From assembly GCA_000320545.1 (NCBI GenBank), contig ADNK01002688.1, positions 1 through 64,000 on the forward strand: DNA of 64,000 nucleotides, written 5' to 3'. This DNA is from Bigelowiella natans CCMP2755 (lineage: Eukaryota; Protista; Cercozoa). Shown piece by piece: positions 43,263 to 53,935 of the stretch (its first letter is position 1; each line of letters begins with the position of its first letter). A model generated the notes under the pieces. That model did no database searches and had not been told where the DNA came from. It was given only the letters and a program-made list of their open reading frames with translations. The position numbers were made by a program, and so were the translations under genes.

Positions 43263-45650
43263 TCATTGTGTCTCGCAAGTAATCCATGCAGTATATTTCG
43301 CTGGTATGCCTCGCACAATTTCATTGCTGCAAATTTCTCCTTTACTATCCACCACCATTCGCATACGAACAACCTGAAAGTTCTTCCTGAAGAAACTTAT
43401 GTTTATTCTGCCGCTTGCAAAGGATTAAGGAACGTAGCATAAATCTAAACGGTAGTAGATCAGTAACATGAATCAGCAAGGAGGAAGATTTATGCAAAAA
43501 TAATAGTAACTTCTGCTTGCCATGCTTTAAGTATGCTTTTTACTGCTATTATATATTATATGATAGATTCCCTATGTGGTGTTGTTCCTTACATCAGGAG
43601 CTCTTAGACCGCGCAGCTTATTCAGATATGTACCTTATTATTTTCAAGAAATCATTACCAATCATCATCACCCTCATCATCATCTTTATATAATACTGAA
43701 ACATCATCATTAAATGTTGCAATAATACTTGCTTCTTTGAAATCATCCTCGAAGTTTGCCTATAAGTAACAGAGCAGTAATAACACAACAAAGGTCACGA
43801 GCCAGATGGTGAAAGACAGTAGGCATCATCACTGAGGCAGAATACAATGTATTTGCACCCCCCTCATAGCACCACTAGCACACATTATTACAACTACCTT
43901 CGCGTTCAGAAACTCTGATTCTTTGGATGACAAATAACGTTTAGTCTTCAACTACATATAGCAAAATCATGTGTGGTAGTTAGTTGGTTGTTGTTTTCGC
44001 CGATGATATGCTTTCTTATTGTTGACATTTGATATCAATTTGTCTATCGTCCATCAGCCGATATGATAGCCACCTACCTTTTGACTCAATTTGGCGCATG
44101 TTTCTAGGCTTTTGGCCGCCCTGTCTCTCTGTTGGAAATATACAAGAAACGACATGCAAGTAAGTAAGTAATTATTCAGTTGCTTACTTACTTATATGCA
44201 CGAATAATAGGGGACTGTGAGGTACTTTTCTTTGCACTTTCTTTAACTGATCTCTCCATCGAGCCTGAGTATTATTATTGTAAGGTTGAATGGGTTAAAA
44301 GTAGTAGTTCATCACAGTATGAACGTAAGGAATAATGTAGTAGTATTAACACATAGAGAGAGACAACGATGTACAGTTAGGCACTTTCTACACAAATGAT
44401 AATACCTCTGCCAAAGCTCTTTCCTTCCGACTTTTGGGTATCATTGCGGATAAGGGTACTGATGATGGTGATAACAATAACCATGATGTTGATGATTGGT
44501 CATCATGATGGTGATAATGTTCGATGGTGTAGGTAATACACGCTATTGTATTGCTGTTGTCTTCATCGTTACAAGCGGTCCAATCGAAGATCGCAATTAA
44601 CACTTATAATGATAATGATAATGATAATAACAGTACCTTTATGTTGATACTGCTGCTGCTGCTGCTGCAAGTTTGCTTTTATTTTTTGGTGTCTATCTTT
44701 GCGAGCTTGGACGCGTTTTTTCTTGCCTCTCAAAGGTTTCCTTTTCATCTGCCACACGCAAAAAACAGCAATACCATACTAAAGAAGGAGAGGACGACGA
44801 GGAGAGAAATAAATACTGCTAATCCATATCATGTGAGAAACATCCTAAGATTAGTTATTCTAAAAATCTACTGTACTATACCTTCCCCGCCACCCCCCCC
44901 CCTTCTCTAGAGGGTTCTGTAAGAAGAAACACCATTCGTTATTGTTATCAGATGCAAAAGATATGAAATAAAAGTCTTGCTACTGCAATGTAGTAGAAGG
45001 CAGCAGACACCATCATCATCACCATCTTCTTCTTCTCTATTATCAAATCATATCACATCACCACCTTGAACGTTTCCCTCTTCATTATCTTCACCTTGAG
45101 AATTTTCCTGATCTATTGCATTCCCATCATCCTCCTCCTTCGTTTGACAGTAGAGAGAGAACAAGAACGGCAGTGAACATCAGCAAAGCGATAACTACTA
45201 CTAATTATAAACAACATCTTAGCACTAATTACATAATCACAATATACAATCATCACGACGAAGATTGACCAGTAATAGATTAAGTAGTATTAGTACCATG
45301 TCGTCGTCGTCGTCGTCGTTGTCGTCACTATCTTGTTCATTCTTCGTAATTTTACTTGCTTGAGAAGGGCATTCGTGGTGTATTGCTTCCATGAGCTGTT
45401 TCTAAAGTATAGACAAACAAGACAAGACGTATATGAATAATAACTACCAAGTATCTATAATCATAATCATCATCATTTCAACCGGAAATATACAAAGAAA
45501 AACAGTGCTTGGAGCACTGTTTCCGTAGTTGGAACTCTCTTCTTCTTCTTCTTCTTGTTGTTATTTCTATTGTCACAACTTGATGATGGTCCGAAGCTTC
45601 CAAGTGTTCCATAGGCACTACTACTTTTATTCCCTACCAGAATAATTGAA

Positions 45651-45686
<36 letters not shown>

Positions 45687-46148
45687 CCACACAATGGACC
45701 ACAACTCTCCTCAGTCAGGAGGTACATTCCATCCTTCTTCATCGTCTTCTTTTTCTTCTTCTTCTTATCGTTTTGCTACTACTATATCTGTCTTATTCAT
45801 CTCTACTATTGCTCCGCTTTTGATATCATTATTATCCTATAAAGAATAACATTAGATACCTGCATCTTCTTCCCTACAAGCCTAACCTCACATCGCCCTT
45901 TTTCTCTCATCTAAGATATAACAGAGCATCTTAATATTGGTTGTAAGTAGTTGTAGAGTATTGGCAATCAGCATGCTAGGAGGACCACTTGCAGAACAAC
46001 ACCGGCCCTTCCGTTGTACTGCGTATTGCATAGTCGTGGAATCAAGAAGAAGAAGAAGAAGAAAGAGAAGAAGGAGTAGATTAGAAAGTACCAGTCAGAT
46101 ATCTCTTATTGGGATGATGATGATCACTACCCATCTATTGTAGTAGAG

Positions 46149-46179
<31 letters not shown>

Positions 46180-47404
46180 CACACAGTCATTACTATTATA
46201 TAGGTGCTTGCTGTCATAAGGTCGATTGTCGGTCATGCTACATGCAATAAATGAAAACTAATCAGAAGAAAGAGGAGAAGGAGGAGGAGGAGGAGGAAAA
46301 GTATATTCTCAACTACTACTTCTATATATCATCATATTAAAAGATATTGGCGATGGTTTCCAATTTGCATAAAACATACTGCCAATGCTCTTTCCAAGCT
46401 GCTGGCCTCCCTCCCTCCCTCCCTCCCTCCCTCCCTCCCTTTGTTCCAAATAATCCAAACCGCTGTATTTTTAGTGAGGTTCCATATCCGTACACTTTGA
46501 TGAATCTTGAAGTCCTCTTGAATAGATCATAATCATAATCATGATTGAACGGCGTAGTAAACACCCTTTCGAGCGAGGGGAATATATAAGTTTCTTGCTG
46601 TTGTTATTGTATTGCTGTTGTTGCTATTGTTGTTGTTGTTGCACTCATTATACACCATATCCACCCTTGACATTATGTTGTGTTTTTGTTTCATTATGTG
46701 ATGATATAGAGTAGGTAATCATTGCTATTATTCTCATATTATCAAATGTGTCGTATGTAAATAAATACTACTAGAAATTAAGTTTTCTGGCCGGGCTTTA
46801 TGTGTCATTGTATGGTTTTCGGAAACGAGAGATATATGATATAGCCCTCCTCCCCCTCCTGCATTATCCTGTTGATATTTAGTCATAAGAAGTTTTGCAA
46901 ATGCTTTAATTAACATTTCTCTCTTCCATCATAAGAAGTTTGCGAATACTTTTTTTAAAATTTGTGTTTTCCATCATCTATTGAATCCATTGTGAATCTA
47001 TACAATCTTTAACTACTATTCTAATTTATCCACTACCTGCTGCTGCTGTGGGCGATACGCTCGCACAATGGCAATCTTTGTGTTGAGCTGTGATGCATTT
47101 ATCAGGTTTACGATTTGAACGCATCTGATGTCGAGTAATCAATGAAGGCAAGGAAGAAAGAGGGCGCATTAGCTTCTATGACGCCACCAATAATTAGGAG
47201 AGAACACACAGCGCATAATCATTCGTTTGTTTTATCTTATCATGCACACTTTGTGAATGAAGTATTTCTACTGAAGATTCCACTGCGAAATAATAATTTA
47301 CGATAAATGAACCAACTATTTCATACTATTACCCTCCCAACCGATGAATATTCGGCGTAAAGCGACCTGAAGATTGAAACCTTCTCCTAAATAATAAAGA
47401 GGAG

Positions 47405-47442
<38 letters not shown>

Positions 47443-48163
47443 GAGAGAGAGAACGCCATATCTATGCGAAGTATCTAATGTGAATGATTGTTGTGAATCA
47501 TCTATTAATTTTATAATTACGGGTCCTCTTGCTGAGCTTGTGCAGACCCTCTGAATACATGAATTATGATGATGTAAGAAGTTGTTAGTATTAACACAAC
47601 AAATACTAAGTATATGAAGAAGATTTAAGCACAAGATAATGCATCGAAATAAGACAAAACCTTCTACCCATGCTAACCTTAAGCGCTTTTCTAAGCGATC
47701 TGTATTCATCTGAAAAGATAGTAATAATAATTCAGCCCTATTGTAATGCACAGGCGACGATGACGAATAATGATGATGATTAATGATAATTGATGATGAT
47801 TAATGATGGTGGTGTGGTTGCGTGGAAGCATACATTTCTGAAATGAGTCGTGTGAAAAGCAATCGATCTTGGATGATGTCTTTGCCCTTTCTTGTTCTTT
47901 TTCATTGTACTTTTCCCCAGGATCGTTAGAGATGAGCAGGGAGAGGCCCACACTATGAGACCAGAATGGTGATCCAAGTTTTTTCGTTTGCATGAAATCC
48001 GCAATACTAATAAACAACCCAATACCAAAGCTAGCATCATCGTCACTCTTTTTCCGAACATTTTCCCTGCTGCTTTCATACGATTCCTTAGAAATAATTC
48101 AACATCCTGAAAGCAGCATTCCCTTGTGCTGCTTTTGGTGCCTCCCTGCTTCGATTCAGCCAT
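43263..48163 (-). CDS. Unknown protein: N-terminal hydrophobic segment, SH3-like beta repeats, basic/coiled C-terminal half
   Basis: First exon is ORF 47780-48163 (MMLALVLGCLLVL hydrophobic). Later exons: GLYHISLVSENHTMTHKARPENLI, EDFKIHQSVRIWNLTKNTA, YNGRAGVVLQV, GRCEVRLVGKKMQ, MKRKPLRGKKKRVQARKDRHQKIK, ARWRDQLKKVQRK, and a last exon VVRMRMVVDSKGEICSNEIVRGIPAKYTAWITCETQ*. Confidence 0.6.
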
Positions 48164-48483
48164 GTTATAGTAGGGTTAATCCACTTACTTCTCCTCCTCC
48201 TCCTCCTCCTCCCTCCCCCCCCCCTCCTCCTCCTGTTATTTTTTCCTTCTCAAGTGCCACCACCACTACCACCTATTCCTCCTTCGCAGCATTCAGATCA
48301 ATGTGAAGCAGTAATTACTGATCGAAGGTCTCCATTGGGCTGGCTATTTCCGCTCTGCTTCATCGTACTCAAATATTGTAACAAAAAGGTGATTTGTTGC
48401 TTGTCGCAACGTTCAATTATCATCCGTTTTACCAGTATCTAATTGTAATAATGTCCATCAGATTATTATTTCGGCGATGATGG

Positions 48484-49316
48484 ATGCCCAAATCTAAATT
48501 GTGTGCTCTATCTACTCTCATCCAGCTGATGAAAAAGGGAGGAGGGCATGATTACTCTCTGATACCAGAGCTGTATTTTCTTTGGCGCTGTATTACTTGC
48601 AGTATTTTCACAATCATCGGAGGACATGGGATTTTTAAAGGTAAAAGTCACTCACGACATTTGTGCACATCATCATGTTTAAAACCTTGCATTGTTCAGC
48701 CACAATAGCTCCCACATTTGATAAAAGTGAATCAGCGAAATGCATCGAAGGAGATATTTGTCCTTTTCAAGAATCAAAAATAGATTGGACAGAAGATATA
48801 ACGGCTACACACTATGCAAGTTGGTCCACTCGAGATTTAATGCTGTTGTTCCTTGTCATCACAGCTCTGGATGTGCCAATGCATAAGGCCTTGTATAAAC
48901 AGAAAATACCTTTAGCTTTAGCTCTCCATCATATAATTGCATACGTCATCTTTGGTTTTATTTGGTTCTTTGAATATGGGTACGGGTACATTCACATCGC
49001 CTTTGTCATCGAGATTTATCCGGCCATTGGAAATTTAGAACACATAGGACGGGCGTTTGTTTTAAACAATTTTCCTGATCATTACTGCTTGGTACGGAGG
49101 TTATACAGATACAAGGCTTTCATCATCCACGTTGGGTGTCTCCTTACATTTCTTGTTGTGCGCATTCCCGCCTGCTGTTTCATGATTCATAGAGCATGGG
49201 GTAATCCAAAAAGTACCTTCTTTTGCGTTCTGGCTTTCCCCGTTCTTTCGTTTCATTTGGACTTAAAATGGGCAAAGTACCACATTTTCAAGCTGCAACG
49301 CCTACTGCATGAATAG
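48484..49316 (+). CDS. TLC (TRAM/LAG1/CLN8) domain membrane protein, 2 exons
   Basis: Exon 48484-48640 joins 48700-49316 in frame (intron gtaaaa...ttcag, 59 nt). TLC hallmarks: LALHHII, a downstream E (VIEIYPAIGNL), FLVVRI, and LDLKWAKY. Confidence 0.8.
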
Positions 49317-49953
49317 TATGTACTAGTATAGACAGGAATTGTTAATAAAGCCACTACTAGACTACATCGCTGATCATAAGCCGCACACTGACAAATTAGA
49401 GACAATCCGAAGGTAATGTGAAGCCTTGCCACAGAAAATAGTAATGCACAACATACGCAGTGCGGCGGAAGGTGCATAAGACCTACTGACCAGTACGGCA
49501 GTTTTAATATGCAGGTGATGTGCGCTAGCTATAGCTAGTGCGGTCCGAACATGGAGTATGTTGCTGTATCCCACATTAGAATATGCATTTAATTTGCCGA
49601 GGGGGGCCAATCGCGTAAATGCTGCACATGCAACAATATTAAGATACGAAGTACTAAAATAGCGGGTTAAGCATGCTCACATATTTCCTGCACTACCTGG
49701 CTAGCTGGCTACCTGCGAGCCTGTATATCTTAAATGTCCGCATATATGGATACAATGTATATCTTCTGTAACATTCACGTATCAGCGTCAGGCTTCACTA
49801 ATGGTCCACTACTCCAATATTTGTTGCTTTCTGGGGAAGTTCCACAAATTTAATTGTATGACTTCTTAGTTCAGAGCTAGAGAGGCTTCAACCTATGAGC
49901 TATGTACGCAGCAGTTTATCGACGGTTGGAAGGCTTAATGTCAGTTTTTTTGA

Positions 49954-51117
49954 CTAAGGAACAACTTGGACTTTAATGGATCCAGCATAGCCTTCAAATA
50001 TAGCTTCAAATATCTCTCCTTCCTTGAATCCATCGAGACCAGTGCACGTACCGGTCATGACGTGCTTTCCAGCAAGCATCAATAGAGTATCTGACTCTCC
50101 GCACTTTAACAAGTGATTTACAAGCCTACGAATATTTGAAGATGGTGAACACTTTTGATTGTAAAGAATGAGTCAGATCTGGCCCTATTGATGTCAATGT
50201 ACTGTTGTGACCATGTAAGGCTTTTAAGGGGATGCGAGTAGACTTCCGCTCCTGATCCAACTGTTCTTAGACTGCCCTCAACCTGCCATAGTTTGAAAAA
50301 TAAACCGCTTACTTTCACCCCCAATATTGGGTGACAAATTAGCAAAATGAAACTTAATTTCTCACTTTAGAAGTGACGGTAAGTTCTGCAAGTTTGGAAA
50401 TTTTCTCATTTAGATCCAAATTATCTCCAATTTGGTAGGTATCAGCTATTACAACCAAACCATTCCCAGCGCCATCTGCAATCTTCATACCCGTTGTTAG
50501 CTCAACCTTGAAACAAAGGAACGAGAATGTATTAAAAGCTTTGTCAATTGCGTGAGAAACAGTCCTAAGATTTATACTTCCTTTAATGTTGCGCACGAGA
50601 AGCTTCAGTATGTAATATCATGACAATTGAAATGACAACTTGAGAAGGCGCTTTGCATTAGTATGATCGTACCCCAGCCTCGACAAAACCCGTCATCCTT
50701 GAGCCACAGATTTCAACAGCAGGGAATACATCGGCAACAATATCCCGCAGAATTACATCTTCTGTCACTTCAGATTCGCCCGAACATATTTTCTCCCATG
50801 AAATTTTCGCGTCGTCATCGTTACAATAGTTTTTCAACAAAAAGCACCATTCTGCCTCCCCTCCTCTGAGCACAGATCCTTTCAACTGTGCTGCTGTTAC
50901 TTGAAGCACAGATTCCGGGTCACTGGATGCAGAGATAACGCACCCAGAAGGAATGAGTCCTCGAAAAGGTTCTTTAATCCCAAAAGCGCTCATTCCTTTC
51001 TCATTCGTTGCTCCACATTTAGCACCGGCTATTGCAAGTAAAGGCAGATACAGTAGTTGTAGTGACATCTATACTCAAAATATAGGCAGATGCAGTAGTT
51101 GCAGTGACATCGTTATT

Positions 51118-51172
<55 letters not shown>

Positions 51173-51566
51173 GCAATTATTTCTTCTTACTACAGCCTCC
51201 CACTTGGAATAGTACTCTTAACAATTGTACCACCTATTGCATTGGAAGTAGGGTAGGCGAGTTTTTGGGTTCGGTATGCATCGTTGATGGTCATCTTTTG
51301 CATGTCCGGAACAAGATCGAGTGGAAGGGATTTGGATTTATCGGCTCTCGCATCTCTCAATGCCCCAGCTATGGTAGCCAAGGTAGAAGGACTAGATATA
51401 GACGAATACAAAAAGTCGGCTCGGAGCAAGAACAATTCGAGTACCGAAATCATTAGTGACATAAGGATAAAGTTATCATTTTAGGGAAGAACCTAAGTTT
51501 AGCTTCGGAAGAGAATAGTCGGCTTCGAACATTTCTTATGGCCACGTGGGCTACTGTGGCCGCCAT
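49954..51566 (-). CDS. 2-keto-4-pentenoate hydratase (MhpD/HpcG)-like, FAH superfamily; probable mitochondrial presequence
   Basis: Spliced: MAATVAHVAIRNVRSRLFSSEAKL|SPSTLATIAGALRDAR...TINDAYRTQ...GG|AKCGATNEKGMSAFGIKEPFRG...EAEWCFLL...VFPAVEICGSR|...KIADGAGNGLVVI|...GSGAEVYSHPLKSLTW|...LAGKHVMTGTCTGL...FEAIFEGYAGSIKVQVVP*. Confidence 0.85.
51042..51120. repeat. 42-bp tandem duplication in an intron of the MhpD-like gene
   Basis: aggcagat(a/g)cagtagttg(t/c)agtgacatc occurs at 51042 and 51084. Confidence 0.9.
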
Positions 51567-51836
51567 CGCTCACTTTGCTGTTGCAACTGCTCGTACTTGT
51601 CCACCACCACTTCCGCCTTAACCTTCTCAGAATAATGTTGTTGTTATTGTTGTTGTTACCAGATAAAGTAATATAGGATAAATTAGGCATATATTTTCAA
51701 CCAAATATATTTATAATGACCATCTAGAAGGAAAGTCTCTTTCTTTGCAAGTTCTTTGCATGATTATTTAACGAAATATAATCTATTTTAAAACATAAAC
51801 AACAACCAGACATCCCAATCGTGCTTGCGAGCGGAA

Positions 51837-53080
51837 ATGGGGCAGGGGCAGTGCATAACATCAGGGTTTTGCATAGGCCTCTTGGCATTTGCGTGCTTGA
51901 TCGCCATCATCCCCTCCACAGCCCTCAAAATTTCTCAAAAGTTGTATTCCCCCTCGTTTTTTTCTTTTTCCTCCTTCTGCACGTACCAAAACAACAGTAA
52001 ACACATATTTCATGCAAATGCTACTCTGTCCCTTTTCAGGCAATACTCTCACCGAGCACACGTTGGCTATCCAGCAGTAAGATACGCAACACCAATAGTA
52101 CCATCGCTGAAGAAATCATGTAGACGGCGCCTATGGACAATTAAGAGTTCATGGATTCCAGCAACTACCCAAACGTTACTACCAAAGCCATCGAGACTGG
52201 GATCTCCTTTATCATGGCCGCCTCCTCGAAGTTCTTTGAGAGTGAAAGCATTGTCTTCCAACTACTCGATACAGCAGTTTGACCCAATAGGGATCGTTCT
52301 TGTCGATCATGGCTCAAAGAAGAAAGTCGCTACTCATTTGTTCTGCTTGAACACGAACTTGATGATTCCGGGGCTATACATTTGAACATAAGATATAGTG
52401 TAGTGATCAAATTTGTGTAAAACTCGAATGTAACTACTCAAGCCACTCATGCGGTGATTTGAACCTCTTGACAGGAATCGAACGATATGCTTCTAAAGTT
52501 TGCACAGCTGTATCAAGTGAGCACTAGCAGTAGTTTATCAACAACACCTCTGATAAAGACTCCACGTAACTTTTGTTCATTATTCAGGAAGTTTCCCAAA
52601 GAGACATAATCGAAACGGCTCACATGGAAATAGCCCCTCCATCAATACCCGAAGCTATCGAGAAATGCATCTCAAAAGGAGCGAAGAGTATTGTTATCGC
52701 ACCATATTTTCTTTCCAAAGGACGACATGTGCAGGTAATCTTAATCGGAAAGGATACAAAATAATGCACTTAAAATAAGTCCGCGATTTCCCATCTCAAC
52801 ATCAACATATTTTCTATTGTGTTCAGATTGACATCCCCGAAATAGTTGAGGACGCTCGTGCATCTTATCCTGACCTCCCAATTCGCCTTGCGGTATGATA
52901 TTATTTGATACAGAGAAAAGTTGCAACAAATGCCAATATCATGTAATACTAGAATACATACTTACATTTCAATGTGAATTTCCGTCTCACATTATCTCTA
53001 AACGAAAGGAGCCTCTCGGAATGGACAAACTGATTGCGCAAGTGATAGAGGATCGCGTATCTCAGGCTATAATGAAATAG
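51837..53080 (+). CDS. sirB: Sirohydrochlorin ferrochelatase (SirB/CbiX family) with bipartite plastid-targeting presequence
   Basis: Six exons (51837-51940, 52040-52325, 52475-52516, 52588-52734, 52827-52892, 53009-53080) encode IVLVDHGSKKK-ESNDML...AHMEIAPPSIPEAIEKCISKGAKSIVIAPYFLSKGRHVQIDIPEIV...EPLGMDKLIAQVIEDRV, the plant-type SirB pattern. The N-terminus is a hydrophobic signal followed by an R/S/P-rich transit-like segment. Confidence 0.92.
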
Positions 53081-53089
53081 TAAACTATG

Positions 53090-53650
53090 AACGTTTCTAG
53101 ATGTACAGAGCAAGAGAACGCACAAAATGTTGGGCGAGCTTTCAGCTTTGCAGGAGCGACTTGCACAATCTTGCAAGCTCTAGAGCTCGCGCAAAGTTAT
53201 GCACAGCCCTCTTTCTCTAGTCTAGTGGTGCTTGCTCGAAGTTTATGTATGTAGAGCATTGCGTGTTGTTCTAGTGTTAGCAATACCTAGAGGAACTAGA
53301 GAACACGCTAGCACGTTCGCGCACTCTAGCACTCTAGCACTGCTCTAGTGCTAACTAGCTAGACTGTGGCGTTGTCGGGGACAAACAAATGCGAAATTGC
53401 TAGCACAATCTAGCAATGATCTAGTGATGGCTGAGTAGTGAGCTGCAGTTTAGTAGCGCATTTAACTAGTTAAGCAAGCCTAGAAAACCCCACATTCTAG
53501 TATTCTAGCATTTTGTATTTGATCAACTGTCAATACTGTCAAGTGTAACGCGTCATCGATGTGTGCCGCACTACTATAGTACTAGCACCTAGCGCAGTGA
53601 GTTGACACTCATGTTCACCAGTTCAAGTAATTCGACTAAACTAGCAGAAA
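53090..53650. other. CTAG-saturated intergenic island between convergent genes
   Basis: Manual count: 23 CTAG in ~550 bp, not organised as a regular tandem array. Confidence 0.9.
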
Positions 53651-53935
53651 TTTGCAACAAATTGTTGTTTTCCTATCGTTGAAATGTTTTACGCGCACGA
53701 ATAAGAACGCCCTAGCGCATACTTCGCGTCAGTTCCTCGATGCGATGACATGCATCTTGAGATCTAACCATGCATACGATGTTTCAATGGTCGAAGGCAC
53801 TGTGGTGATAAGTCTAGATGCGATTACATGGCGTTAACATCAATCAAACAAAATATCTAAACTAGAACCCGAACAACATGAAACTGCACGATCACGAGCC
53901 TTAAACAACCGAAGATTTATGGGCAAGAATCCAGT

